NCBI GenBank assembly: GCA_041657885.1
Contig: JBBABB010000001.1
Coordinates: 65,094 to 129,093 of the forward strand
Reading direction: 5' to 3'
Length of the DNA stretch: 64,000 nucleotides
DNA from: Minisyncoccota bacterium
Lineage (GTDB): Bacteria; Patescibacteriota; Minisyncoccia; Phycocordibacterales; UBA9973
The position numbers were made by a program, and so were the translations under genes. Below the pieces are notes generated by a model, which saw only the letters and a program-made list of their open reading frames with translations, made no database searches and was not told the DNA's origin. This document shows, piece after piece, positions 20,961-33,700 of this stretch. Position 1 is the first letter of the stretch. Every line of letters begins with the position of its first letter.

Positions 20961-21944
20961 ATGTTCATAGATGAAATAAAATTTTTTGCAAAAGCTGGCC
21001 GTGGAGGAAACGGGGTTGTTCGTTGGCGTCGCGAGAAGTTTATAGACAAAGGAGGTCCAAATGGTGGTGACGGTGGCAAGGGTGGATCTATTTACGCTGT
21101 TGCCGTTTCTGATATCAACTTACTTGCAAAATACAAACATAAAAAAGAATTTAGAGGAAATGATGGGGCTGAAGGAGCGGGTGGAAGTAAACACGGAAAA
21201 GATGGGAAAGATTTAATTATTGAATTACCGATAGGTTCTATCATTACTAATGTGGAAAGTGGTGGGTCTGTTTCTTTGGACTACGCTGGGCAAAAAGAAC
21301 TATTACTCAAAGGTGGTATGGGTGGATATGGAAACGAACAATTTAAGACCTCTATCAACACTACTCCTACACAAGCGACCAAGGGTAAAATAGGAGAACA
21401 AGGTAATTTTAAAATTGAGCTTGAGCTTTTTGCTGATGTCGGGTTGATTGGATTACCAAACGCTGGGAAATCATCCCTTTTGAATGCGATTACCAATGCC
21501 TCGGCCAAGATTGGTAGTTATCAATTCACGACTCTAGACCCAAATCTTGGGGATTTCTTTGGTTATACTCTTGCCGATATCCCAGGGCTTATTGAAGGGG
21601 CCTCAGAAGGGAAAGGTTTGGGTACAAAATTCTTAAAACATATCAAAAGAACTAGAATGTTGGCTCATCTTGTGTCTTTAGAGAACAATGAGCCATTAAA
21701 AGTTTACAAACAAATTCGCAAAGAATTGGGGACTTATGATAAAACCCTTTTGGAAAAAGAGGAAGTAATTATTTTGACTAAGACTGATGTTCTAGATTTT
21801 AGTAGTTCAACTACTAAAAAAAGTTTTGAAAAAATTAAGAAAGATTTCGAGAAATTAGGAAAACCCGTCTTTACTCTTTCACTTTATGATGATGCATCTG
21901 TTAAAAAATTAACAGATGGGCTTGTAAAATTGTTGAGAAAATAA
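20961..21944 (+). CDS. obgE: GTPase Obg/CgtA
   Basis: MFIDE, Gly-rich Obg fold, GLPNAGKS, FTTLDP, DIPGLIEGA. Confidence 0.95.
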   Translation: MFIDEIKFFAKAGRGGNGVVRWRREKFIDKGGPNGGDGGKGGSIYAVAVSDINLLAKYKHKKEFRGNDGAEGAGGSKHGKDGKDLIIELPIGSIITNVESGGSVSLDYAGQKELLLKGGMGGYGNEQFKTSINTTPTQATKGKIGEQGNFKIELELFADVGLIGLPNAGKSSLLNAITNASAKIGSYQFTTLDPNLGDFFGYTLADIPGLIEGASEGKGLGTKFLKHIKRTRMLAHLVSLENNEPLKVYKQIRKELGTYDKTLLEKEEVIILTKTDVLDFSSSTTKKSFEKIKKDFEKLGKPVFTLSLYDDASVKKLTDGLVKLLRK

Positions 21945-22108
21945 AAAATATGGAAGTCCGACTTCCATTTTTACTTCCATATTTATTTTACCCAGCTTCT
22001 GCTATCGCGCGTTTCGGGTAAAATTGAGAAATTTTATAAAGTATTGGAAAAAGAGTAAAAGGTGTATAATTAGTTTGTAATTGATTATTAATCTAATCTA
22101 TTAAAATA

Positions 22109-22981
22109 ATGAAAACAAACAAAGGTTTTGCGTTGATAGCACTTTTAGCAATTATTGTTGGTGTTTTGGTAGTGGGTGGTGGGGCGTATTTTTTGGGAAA
22201 GAGTAAGGGGGAAGATAAAAAGGTTGAAGAGATTCCTAAAACAGAGAATCAGATAAAGGGGCAAAATAAATTTGTTTTCAATAAAAACCAAGATCGAACC
22301 AATAAACTATATTTTGCCTCTGTAGATGGCGAGAAAATCTTATTGGGTACAGAAGTTAAGGTGAAAAGAGAAAAATTGGAAAGTAGTAAAGATTACTCAT
22401 ATAGTTTTATGCCTAAAGATGTTTTAGGAAGTATGAAGTTATCTGAAGGCATGACTTTCTATTCCGCGGTCCAATCAATGGATGATGATAATCTTTGGAT
22501 ATTTGTTGAGAGAGACATGAATAATCTTAACTACAGTTTATATTTTTATAATCATCAAACAAAAATGAAAGAATTTATTTTTTCTCAAAATAAAACTCCA
22601 GATCCACGATATTCATTTATTCCTTTTACTTGGAATGGTGATATTGTCTATTTGGAAGCAAAAGAATTTGGAAGTGCAACTGAAAATGAAGGAATATGGT
22701 CATATAACATTAAAACGAAACAATTTTCTAAAATACCAATAAATCCTTTATATCTAGCAACACCAATTATTTCTCCTGATGGTAAATACTTTATTTATAT
22801 AGGAACAACAGAAGATAAGGGAGAATATTCATCTCCTGATATAATATATATCTATGATTTAGCGACTAACCAGGAGAAAATAATCGAGAAAGATAATAAT
22901 GACATTAATTCAAGTTATATGATCTGGGGATGGGTAAATGGTGAAATTAATAATTCGGAGTTGATTGATATAAATCAATAA
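22109..22981 (+). CDS. Exported protein with pilin-like N-terminus and TolB-like beta-propeller repeats
   Basis: KGFALIALL leader plus TM; ISPDGKY..IYIYDL repeat. Confidence 0.6.
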   Translation: MKTNKGFALIALLAIIVGVLVVGGGAYFLGKSKGEDKKVEEIPKTENQIKGQNKFVFNKNQDRTNKLYFASVDGEKILLGTEVKVKREKLESSKDYSYSFMPKDVLGSMKLSEGMTFYSAVQSMDDDNLWIFVERDMNNLNYSLYFYNHQTKMKEFIFSQNKTPDPRYSFIPFTWNGDIVYLEAKEFGSATENEGIWSYNIKTKQFSKIPINPLYLATPIISPDGKYFIYIGTTEDKGEYSSPDIIYIYDLATNQEKIIEKDNNDINSSYMIWGWVNGEINNSELIDINQ

Positions 22982-23122
22982 GAGTAATGAATTAATTATA
23001 TGTTTAATCCTGGAAAAGGAGAGTTTTAATGATTTGTGTTTCTATAAAAAATTAATAGATGAGCTTGTAAAATTGTCTAAAAAATAATATAGTATAGAAG
23101 TTATTTTATTTTTAAAGTTTTT

Positions 23123-23195
23123 GCCCTGTTAGCTCAGCTGGTAGAGCAGCTCCCTCTTAAGGAGATGGTCGGGGGTTCGATTCCCTCACGGGGCA
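23123..23195 (+). tRNA. tRNA-Lys(CTT)
   Basis: GCCCTGT/ACGGGGC acceptor, AGCTCAGCTGGTAGAGC D-arm, loop CTCTTAA, GGTTCGATTCC. Confidence 0.93.
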
Positions 23196-23231
23196 CAATA
23201 ATAAAAACCGTTGTAAAATGGTTTTTATTAT

Positions 23232-23529
23232 TGTGCCCCGTAGCGAGACAACTGCTTGTCTCGCGTGAGGGAATCGAAAGACTTTTCCATACGAGCGAAG
23301 CGAGACGGAAAAGTACCTGCCTATGTAATAGGCGAAAGCGTACCCGCGTTTCCCTCACGGGGCACAAATTTTTGCGAAGCACAAAATTTGTGATTCTTAA
23401 ACATATCTAAATATATGTTTAAGAAAATCGAAAGACGAAGGCTGACGAGCCGAGTCGGGGTCGCGAGATTTTTCAGTAGAAAAATACTTGTGACCGAAAA
23501 CGTAATCGCGATTCCCTCACGGGGCACAA
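23232..23529. repeat. Cluster of tRNA-Lys 3'-end copies (one inverted, two direct) around hairpin-rich spacers
   Basis: TTCCCTCACGGGGCACAA at 23350 and 23512; inverted, hairpin-interrupted copy at 23232-23278. Confidence 0.85.
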
Positions 23530-23578
23530 AAATTTGTAAATGTATTTGATTTTTTATTTTTAGGAGTATAATTAGAAT

Positions 23579-23959
23579 ATGGAAAAATTTAATCTTGAAA
23601 ATAATAAAGATTTAAAAATAGGAAAAAATGGGCAAATTGATATTGATTTCGAGGGAGCAGAAAAAAGAGAAAGATTAGAAATAGCTGAAAAATATCATGT
23701 TCTTCATCCTGAAAAATTAGAAAAAAAGGAAGATAGTAAGTGGTATATAGATAATATGGAAGTTGAATACTGGGATAGTTTGTTTAGTGAGAAAGATAAT
23801 CCTTATAAAATTGTTAAAGATAACAACCAAGAAATCAAAAAAGAATTTCAGTTGAAAGTTGACCAGCAAACACAAAAACAAAAACCTACAAAAATAAAGC
23901 ATGGACATAAGCATCATAGAAAAACTCCTGATTCGATGGGTTTTGATCGTTATCATTAG
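23579..23959 (+). CDS. Hypothetical protein
   Basis: 126-aa ORF with TATAAT 6 nt before ATG. Confidence 0.6.
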   Translation: MEKFNLENNKDLKIGKNGQIDIDFEGAEKRERLEIAEKYHVLHPEKLEKKEDSKWYIDNMEVEYWDSLFSEKDNPYKIVKDNNQEIKKEFQLKVDQQTQKQKPTKIKHGHKHHRKTPDSMGFDRYH

Positions 23960-24244
23960 CCCTACATTTTAAAGCCTTTTATGTCTATTTATAGCTTTCC
24001 ACGTCCATATATCAAAACGCTTGACTTATATAGCTGTTTGTATATAATAGAGCCCACAGTCTGTTTATTCGGGCTGTTTTAATTTCTTTGAAATTTAAAT
24101 AGGTATGTAAGAATCAAAGCCCGCCAAACTTTATCCAAGTTGGCGAGGCAAGCAAGTAAATAATCAGTATAGGAATATAAAGTATTTTTTCTTTTGTTCC
24201 GTTCTATTCGTCACGTGATTAGTGTAAACTAATTTTACGTGATT

Positions 24245-25830
<1,586 letters not shown>

Positions 25831-25860
25831 TTTGAAACCGTTGTGCTTTGCACATGAACT

Positions 25861-25930
25861 CGACACAAATTACGAATGGTTACGAATGTACGAATTAAAT
25901 TCGTGTCATTCGCATAAATTCGTGTATTAG
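25861..25930. repeat. Short TACGAAT/ATTCGT tandem-inverted repeats in the 16S trailer
   Basis: Three TACGAAT units followed by ATTCG(T/C) units. Confidence 0.6.
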
Positions 25931-26128
25931 TATCGTGTTAGCGAAGCGTAACTTATTGAGTCGATATTATGTGCCTCAATTGAGCACATAATGGACATTG
26001 ATTTTAAGTCCTAAAAGAAATCTGACAACAAGGGAAAGACCTGATAGGACGGAACAATAGAAAAAATATTTTTCTTGATTGATTTGATTATGAAAAAATA
26101 CCTCATTAAAGTTTAAATAAAATTAAAC

Positions 26129-26161
26129 AAAAAATCTTCCGATTAATCGGAAGATTTTTTG
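26129..26161. terminator. Bidirectional intrinsic terminator after 16S
   Basis: AAAAAATCTTCCGATT-AATCGGAAGATTTTTT. Confidence 0.8.
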
Positions 26162-26247
26162 TTATGTGCTTGAGCCAGCGGGCGCAAAACTCCAACACAA
26201 TTGCATATGTGAGTGCAGCCGCTGGCTAAAACACACAACGGCTACCG
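26129..26247 (-). ncRNA. Candidate small RNA 1 (GC-rich hairpin)
   Basis: TTGTAT-N16-TATACT promoter on minus strand; AGCCAGCGG/CCGCTGGCT stem; terminator; no ORF. Confidence 0.45.
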
Positions 26248-26277
26248 CATAAAGTATATAATATTTTTTATATAATA

Positions 26278-26368
26278 CAAAATCCCTCCGATTGCTCGAA
26301 GGGGTTTTGCTATGCAATTGTTTCAATAAAATAATTCTCTATTAATTGTTGGAATTATTTACTCACTA
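26278..26368 (-). ncRNA. Candidate small RNA 2
   Basis: Minus-strand TTGACA-N17-TATACT (26402-26374); hairpin; terminator-like CCCCTTCGA..TCGGAGGGA-TTTT; no ORF. Confidence 0.5.
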
Positions 26369-26430
26369 AGTAAAGTATATCAAAATGAAACGATATTGTC
26401 AAGTTTGTGTGTTCTTGCTATAATCCTTAT

Positions 26431-26766
26431 GGTTTGTATTGGATGGATACGCTCCGACCCAGGTCAGAGTGAGGAAAGTCCGGGCACATATTTCGACCTT
26501 GTGTTGAAAAAACGTAGCGGGTAACACCCGTCGTCCCCGCCCGAACGGCTGACTAGTTCAGTCGGGCAGGCGCAAGGACAGAGTTGAGAACAGTGACGAA
26601 TCCCGACCTAGGTCGGGGGTGAAACGGCAAAATACTTACGCGTGTGCAAGATCGTGTTCCGATTTCGGTCGGAAAGAATCGCTTGAGGTGTAGAGTAATT
26701 TACATCCTAGATAAATATCTATCGCTTTAGCAATAGAGTACAGAACCCGGCTTATAGATACAAACC
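26431..26766 (+). ncRNA. rnpB: RNase P RNA
   Basis: GAGGAAAGTCC (26471), ACAGAACCCGGCTTA (26740), P1 GGTTTGTAT/ATACAAACC, promoter TTGTCA-N17-TATAAT. Confidence 0.95.
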
Positions 26767-26822
26767 AAATACATGAAAAACACCTTGTCCAAAGCATGGT
26801 GTTTTTCATATGGATTGCATTT

Positions 26823-26915
26823 CCTCCCCTCCTTACCAAGGAGGGGAATGAGGGGAGGTTCTTAATTAATTAGGAACCTCTCCCCAGCCCTCCCCTTGGT
26901 AAGGGGAGGGGGAAT
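26823..26915. repeat. Inverted pair of GC-rich REP-like palindromes (BIME-like)
   Basis: CCCCTCCTTACCAAGGAGGGG..GGGGAGGTT and AACCTCTCCCC..CCCTCCCCTTGGTAAGGGGAGGG; relatives inside topA. Confidence 0.8.
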
Positions 26916-27163
26916 CCAAATTCAGAAATTTCTTTTTTGTTTTTTAAATTAGAAAATTTTTTTTCAAAAAATTTCCACTTTTCTTAAAATAAAAAATAAA
27001 AAAGTTATCCACAGTTTTTTAGTAAAAAGTATTGCAGTATTCTTGTATATGTTAGATAATATATATGTGAGTGTGATAAATTTTTTTACAAATAATTTTT
27101 TATAAATTTTTTGTAAGGTCGTGAAATCATACATCCTTTAAAAATAATTTTTTTAATAAATAT

Positions 27164-27226
27164 ATGGCAGCAAAAAAGAAGGCTAAAAAAGTAGCTAAGA
27201 AAGGAAAGAAGAAAGGAAAGAAGTAA
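27164..27226 (+). CDS. Small Lys-rich peptide [20 protein letters not shown]
   Basis: Read directly from sequence; own upstream promoter (TTGCAG..GATAAT) and downstream terminator at 27246-27278. Confidence 0.65.
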   Translation: MAAKKKAKKVAKKGKKKGKK

Positions 27227-27297
27227 TATTCTTACTTTTAAAAAAAGAAATCCCCTCTCTATCGGGGATTTTCTTTTTGTGTTACAATAGGGAATAT

Positions 27298-29778
27298 ATG
27301 GGAATAATAAAGAACATAATAGGAAATGAGAGTGGTCGCCTTATAAAGAAATGGAGACCTCTTGTTGATAAGATAAACAGTCTAGAATTTCAGATGCAGA
27401 AGCTATCTGATCATGATTTTAAGGTAAGGACTGATGAATTACGATTGAGGATTAAAGAAGATATAAGTCTTGATGATTTACTTCCTGAAGTATTCGCGAT
27501 GGTTCGTGAAGCATCAGTTCGTGCATTTGGTCTGAGGCCTTTTGATGTTCAACTTATTGGAGGCGTTGCACTACACAAAGGAAATATTACTGAGATGCGA
27601 ACGGGTGAAGGTAAAACTTTAGTTGCGACGCTACCCGCTTATTTGAATTCTCTCATAGGTCTTGGTGTACATATTGTCACGGTGAATGATTATCTTTCAC
27701 GACGTGATGCGGTTTGGATGGGTCCATTATTTGCGATGTTGGGAGTTAGCGTCGGAGTTGTTAATTCACAGAATACATCATACATCTATGATCTCTCTCA
27801 TCAAGACAAAGAAGAAGTAGAAGGTAGTGAATTGGGGTCTTTTAAAGTTCAATACGAATTCCTCAGGCCTTGTTCCCGGACTGAAGCTTATGCTTGTGAT
27901 ATAACTTATGGTACAAATAATGAATTTGGTTTTGATTATCTCCGAGACAATCTAGCTCATAATGTCAATGAAGTTGTTCAAAGGGGTCATTATTACGCTA
28001 TTGTGGACGAGGTTGACTCTATATTGATAGACGAATCTCGTACGCCTTTAATTATCTCATCACAAGCAGAAGACAGTGAGGATTTGTATTATACTTTTGC
28101 TGATATTGCGAAGAAATTAAAACCGGAGGAAGATTATACTGTAGATGAAAAACTACGTGCCATATCTCTGACTGACCATGGTATAACATTGGCTGAGGAT
28201 TTGCTTGGTATCCACGATATATATACAGAAAAAGGAATTAAATATGTTCACCACTTAGAGACGGCAGTTAAAGCTCGTGCTCTGTATGAGAACAATAAAG
28301 ATTATGTTGTCAAAGATGGAGAGGTAATAATAGTTGATTCTTTTACTGGGCGCTTGCAACCGGGGCGTCGTTGGAGTGAAGGTTTGCACCAAGCCATAGA
28401 AGCTAAAGAGGGAGTAAAGATTGAAAAAGAAACGATAGCTGTTGCCTCTATTACTTTCCAAAATTATTTTAGATTTTATAAAAAACTCTCAGGTATGACG
28501 GGAACAGCTGAGACATCTCGCGAAGAATTTCTCAAGGTTTATGGTCTTGATGTAGTCGTTGTACCTACTCATCGTCCTATTAATAGACACGATTATAATG
28601 ATCTGATTTATCAGACAGAAAAAAATAAATTATTGGCGGTCTCTATTAAGGTCAAAGAGCTTCACGAGAAAGGTCAGCCAGTACTCATAGGAACTGTTTC
28701 AATTGAAAAGAACGAACTCCTTTCGGCTTATCTAACCCAAGCAGGAATTCCTCATACTATACTTAATGCCAAAAATCATGAACGAGAAGGAGAAATTATT
28801 GCCAATGCCGGACGACTAAGCGCAGTTACAGTTGCGACAAATATGGCTGGGCGTGGAGTTGATATTAAGTTGGGAGGTGTCCCATTTGATAAAGAAAAAT
28901 ATGAAGAAGTAAAAAATCTTGGTGGTTTGTTTGTAATAGGTACAGAGCGGCATGAAGCTCGTCGTATAGACAATCAGCTTCGAGGGCGTTCAGGGCGTCA
29001 AGGTGATCCAGGAGCGACTCTGTTTTATGTCTCTCTTGAGGATGACCTAATGCGTATCTTTGGATCAGATCGTATCAAATCAATGATGGCAAAGCTAGGG
29101 GTACCCGAAGACCAACCAATAGAAAACAAATTTATTTCCAATACCCTAGAGAATGCTCAGGCCAAAATTGAAGGATTCCATTTTGATTCTCGAAAACATA
29201 CTCTTGAATATGACAATGTGATGAATCATCAGCGTAAGGTTGTCTATGAGCGTCGTCGTATAATGCTTTCAGGAAATTTTGATGAAATACAAAATTTCCT
29301 TAATTCTTTGGTTGTTGATTACCCAGCACTTCTAGAGGTTATCAAACAAAAGAGTTTGGCGTTAGGTGATTCATTGTTTTTTGAAACTATCCGTCGTATT
29401 GCTTTGTATACTACCGATACTCTATGGGTAGAGCATCTAGAGACAATGGAATATACAAGGTCGTCAGTGAACTTACGTGCTTATGGACAGAGGGAACCTT
29501 TGATTGAATACACGAAAGAGGGTCTACGTTTATTTAGAGAGATGGAAGCCAACTTCAAGGAACAGGTATTTTCTTTAATTAATACTATAAATGCCGATGT
29601 TAAAGACAATAGGCAAACTGAGGTGGTTGAAGAACGACCTGAACTCATATTAAGCTCTTCCGATGGTAATGATAACCCTGGAACTATAAAAAGAGAGACC
29701 CCAAAAATCGGTCGTAATGACCCATGTTCGTGTGGAAGTGGCAAGAAGTATAAGCATTGTCACGGAAAAGATATATAG
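27298..29778 (+). CDS. secA: Preprotein translocase SecA
   Basis: [58 protein letters not shown]. Confidence 0.97.
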   Translation: MGIIKNIIGNESGRLIKKWRPLVDKINSLEFQMQKLSDHDFKVRTDELRLRIKEDISLDDLLPEVFAMVREASVRAFGLRPFDVQLIGGVALHKGNITEMRTGEGKTLVATLPAYLNSLIGLGVHIVTVNDYLSRRDAVWMGPLFAMLGVSVGVVNSQNTSYIYDLSHQDKEEVEGSELGSFKVQYEFLRPCSRTEAYACDITYGTNNEFGFDYLRDNLAHNVNEVVQRGHYYAIVDEVDSILIDESRTPLIISSQAEDSEDLYYTFADIAKKLKPEEDYTVDEKLRAISLTDHGITLAEDLLGIHDIYTEKGIKYVHHLETAVKARALYENNKDYVVKDGEVIIVDSFTGRLQPGRRWSEGLHQAIEAKEGVKIEKETIAVASITFQNYFRFYKKLSGMTGTAETSREEFLKVYGLDVVVVPTHRPINRHDYNDLIYQTEKNKLLAVSIKVKELHEKGQPVLIGTVSIEKNELLSAYLTQAGIPHTILNAKNHEREGEIIANAGRLSAVTVATNMAGRGVDIKLGGVPFDKEKYEEVKNLGGLFVIGTERHEARRIDNQLRGRSGRQGDPGATLFYVSLEDDLMRIFGSDRIKSMMAKLGVPEDQPIENKFISNTLENAQAKIEGFHFDSRKHTLEYDNVMNHQRKVVYERRRIMLSGNFDEIQNFLNSLVVDYPALLEVIKQKSLALGDSLFFETIRRIALYTTDTLWVEHLETMEYTRSSVNLRAYGQREPLIEYTKEGLRLFREMEANFKEQVFSLINTINADVKDNRQTEVVEERPELILSSSDGNDNPGTIKRETPKIGRNDPCSCGSGKKYKHCHGKDI

Positions 29779-29969
29779 CAAATATACTTATAAAATAAGG
29801 ACATCTATAGGACAAAAGGGGATTATTGTCAAAAGTAGCCGGATGCCCTTGTTTTTAGGGCTTATTTTGACACAGTAATCATATGACTGTCAAGGGATAA
29901 AACATAAAAAATCCTTATTATATAAGGATTTTTTATGTTTGACGAGAGCAAGAACTATGTTATAACTAT

Positions 29970-30129
29970 TGACTTTTAGGAGCCGTTGTGCTACTATATA
30001 AGAAGTTCCAAGTATATCGTTACAGTGATGGTATATAAGGAATTTTTTCGTTTAATCTATTTATTTGATTATTCAATAAATGTTTAGACGATCCTTGGCA
30101 CGGCGTTTGGTGAAGCGTAATCACCACCT
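29970..30129 (+). promoter_or_regulatory. Promoter and ~125-nt structured 5' leader of the cell-wall hydrolase gene
   Basis: TTGACT-N17-TACTAT followed by three stem-loops ending just before ATG. Confidence 0.5.
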
Positions 30130-30732
30130 ATGAATAAACAAGAAATTATACGTTATTTGCAGTCAATTATCGCGATTCCTATACTTGCGATAGCGATGCC
30201 CCTCTCTGGAGTTGCATCTATCCCAAATTTGACTGCAGTTAATAGTACTCTTACGGAAGAAAATTCTGTGATAATAACACAAGAAGAAGTAATACGTAAA
30301 GAACAAGTTGATTTAGAAGTAATACGTAAAGAAAAAGCAGAAGCCATAGATGCATATTTTGCAAAATATGACGCTCCGCTTGAAGGTTATGGAATGAAGT
30401 TTGTGATTGAAGCGGAAAAGAATGACATTGATTGGCGTTTACTTCCAGCCATTGCAATGCGTGAAAGTACTGGAGGAATATGGGATTGTGATAAAGCCAC
30501 TAATAGTGTTTTTGGGTGGGGTTCATGTAAAATAAGTTTTAAGTCAATTGATGAGTCCATAGAAATTGTTACCCGAAATCTTGGTGGTAATAATCCAAAT
30601 ACAGCTCGTCATTATGATGGAAAAACTACTTTACAAATCCTAAGAAAATACAATTCTTATATTAAGAATTATCCTGCTCAAGTCGTGAAAATCATGAAAA
30701 AGATTAGTGATGATGGGAAAGAAATAATTTAA
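30130..30732 (+). CDS. Exported lysozyme-fold/glucosaminidase-like protein
   Basis: Signal peptide; IDWRLLPAIAMRESTGG..N.FGWG; KYN. Confidence 0.7.
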   Translation: MNKQEIIRYLQSIIAIPILAIAMPLSGVASIPNLTAVNSTLTEENSVIITQEEVIRKEQVDLEVIRKEKAEAIDAYFAKYDAPLEGYGMKFVIEAEKNDIDWRLLPAIAMRESTGGIWDCDKATNSVFGWGSCKISFKSIDESIEIVTRNLGGNNPNTARHYDGKTTLQILRKYNSYIKNYPAQVVKIMKKISDDGKEII

Positions 30733-30741
30733 TATAATATA

Positions 30742-30776
30742 AAAATGCCCCGCCGACTTTGTCGGCGGGGCATTTT
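30742..30776. terminator. Bidirectional terminator between convergent genes
   Basis: AAAATGCCCCGCCGAC-TTT-GTCGGCGGGGCATTTT. Confidence 0.85.
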
Positions 30777-30779
30777 GCT

Positions 30780-33700
30780 TTATATCTTTTTAAAGGCATT
30801 AATCATTATACTTTTCTCTCCATTTCTTTCTGTCACTTTGCCTTGTAGCGCGATGATTGTATCAGGAATTAATATATCTTTGTTTTTTTCAAAAAGACCA
30901 CTAAAAACGACTGCCTCTATACTATCTGAAAAGTCAGATATTCGTATAAAGGCCATACGATTGTTGTTTTTGGTTGTGACAATTTTCACAGTATCTATTA
31001 TTGCAGCTATTGTGATTGGAACACCAATCTTTACGTCTTTCTTGACACTTTTTATTAAGGTTCCAAACTTTTCTATTTTTTCCTTATATTCACTAAGAGG
31101 ATGACCAGAAACATAAAGACCAAGTAATTCTTTTTCCCAAATAAGTTTTTCTTTCATCGTTACTTTTGGTTGTTCAACGAGAGAGAGGTTTGTCTTTATT
31201 CCTCCGATAGAACCAAAGAGTGAATCCTGACTTCCACCACCACGTGATTCTTTGTTGAAGGATATTAAAGTCTCAAGATTTCCAATTATCATATTACGCT
31301 CAGCAAGCTCATCCATTGAACCCGATTTAGCCAGTGCTTCTACTGATTTCTTATTTAAATTTTTATGATTTATTCTTTCAAAAAAATCTTCTAGCGATTT
31401 AAATTTTCCATTTGTTTTACGTTCCTCAATTATTGAATCAGCAATATCAGTCCCCAAATTTTTTATATTATAAAGTCCAAATCTTATAGCACGACCTGTT
31501 AATTTATCAGAGCCACTTATCACAGTAAAACCCCCGAAACTTTCATTTACATTTGGAGGAAAAACCTCTATCTTCATTTTTTTACATTCGCCGATAATCT
31601 CGGCAACTTTTTCAATATCTCCCGATTCAGCGGTCATAATTGCTGTCATGTATTCGACAGGGAAATTTGCTTTCATATAGGCTGTTTGATAAGCAACCAA
31701 TCCATAACTTGCAGCATGGGCTTTGTTGAACCCATAAGCGGCAAAAGGTTCAATGAGTGCCCATAATTCTTGGGCCATTTTAGGGGTTATTCCATTTTCC
31801 ACAAATCCTTCTAGAAGTTTTGTCCTTTGAGCTTCCATTTCTCTCGGAATTTTTTTACCCATCGCTTTACGAAGTTTATCCGCTTCAAGCCAAGAATAAC
31901 CACCAAGCTTAATAGCAATCATCATAACGTCATCTTGATAAGTTATCACCCCGTATGATTGGTCAAGAATATCTTTCATTCTTGGGTCAAGATATGAAAC
32001 AAGATTAGAATTGTGCTTACGTTTAATGTATTCTGGAATTGACTCCATCGGTCCAGGACGATAAAGAGCTACCATTGCATTGATGTCGTGGATTGTAGTA
32101 GCTTTTAATTCTTTTAGATAATGTGTCATTCCAGAACCATTTAATTGGAAGAGTCCCATTGTCTCTCCTCGCGCTAGTATTTCAAAAGTCAACTTGTCAT
32201 CAAGTGGTATCTTATCTATATCAACATCTATGTTGTGGATTCTCTTAACGAGCTTAACTGCATCAGCTAAAATCGCAAGATTACGAATTCCCAAGAAATC
32301 AAACTTTGGTAATCCAGCATCTTCAATACTATACATATCGTATTGGGTGATTATATTTCCGCCCTTAGGGTCGTATTGAACAGGGGAGAATTCATAAAGT
32401 GGACGTGGAGCCATGACAACTCCAGCAGCATGGACAGAAATATGTCGGACACAACCTTCCATTTTTTTTGCTAAATCAATAATTTCTTTCGTCTCTCTTT
32501 CTTCTTTGTAAGCTATTTTTAATTCCGGAACTATTTTCATTGCATGCTCAATGGTCATAGGTGTACCTTGAGAGCCAAGTGGAATCATTGAAGAAAGTCG
32601 GTCACCAACACTATATGGGTGTCCAAGTGCACGTGCAACGTCTCTCACTGATCCTTTCGCCATCATTGTTCCAAACGTTCCAATCTGCGCGACTTTATCT
32701 TCGCCGTATTTTCTTTTTGCGTATGCGATGATTTCATCTCGACGATTATCGGCGTAATCCATATCTATATCGGGAAGTGATGGTCTTTCTGGATTAAGAA
32801 AACGTTCAAAAGGAAGTTTGTAAGCGATAGGGTCTACTTTTGTAATACCTACAAGATAAGTAGTAAGCGACCCCGCGACTGACCCCCGGATGTTTGTATA
32901 TATTTTATTTTCTCGCGCGTATTTGAGCAGATCTCCAACCACCAAGAAATATGTCGGATAACCTTTTTGTTTAATAATACCAAGCTCATATTCCAATCGG
33001 TCAGTATAAATGCTTGTTTGTTCTAACTCTCTGAAAGCAAATCCCTCATAAGCTAATTTACGAAGAATTTCATCGGCAGTTGTTCCCTCTGGAATTGGGA
33101 AATCTGGGAAATATGCTTTCCCAAGCTCAAGATCATATTCTTCGCACAAGTCAGCAACCATCTTTGTATTGTCAATTGCCTCTGGTGAATCACTAAAATA
33201 TAGACGAGCAGTTTCCTCATCTATCAAAGAGAAATCATCTTCTGAAAATTCAAATTTAGTTCCTTCTTTTCCATCTGTACCGGTGTTTACTTGCAAAAGT
33301 GTAAAGTGAGCTTGATGATCTTCTTGACATAAATAGTGAGAATCCTGTCCGGCGACAATTGGAATATTAAATTTTTTACCTAAAGCTTTAATCCCTTCAC
33401 GAAGCCTCGCATCATTCTCTACATGAGGATGAGTGTGTATTTCTAAAAAATAATTTTCTTTGCCAAAAATTTCTTGATGTTCTTTTATTAGAGCTTCTGC
33501 TTTTTCATTATTATTTGCTAGGACTGCTTGAGAAAGTTGACTGCTCATACAACCAGATAAACAAATAATACCATCATGAAATTCTTGGAGAATTTCTTTA
33601 TCCATGCGAGGTTTATAATAATAACCTTCAAGATTTGCGATTGTCACTAATCGCATTAGATTTTTATAACCTTGTCTATTTTTCGCAAGAAGTGTCAGAT

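Noticed and set aside
23134-23527. Three short listed ORFs
   Set aside because: Overlap tRNA-Lys and its repeat cluster; no coding signal
26129-26402. tmRNA or SRP RNA
   Set aside because: No tRNA-like ends, tag ORF or SRP helix-8 motif recognisable
26930-27120. oriC (TTATCCACA at 27005 in an AT-rich gap)
   Set aside because: Only one clear DnaA box, with no dnaA/dnaN nearby; another lone box lies at 47654
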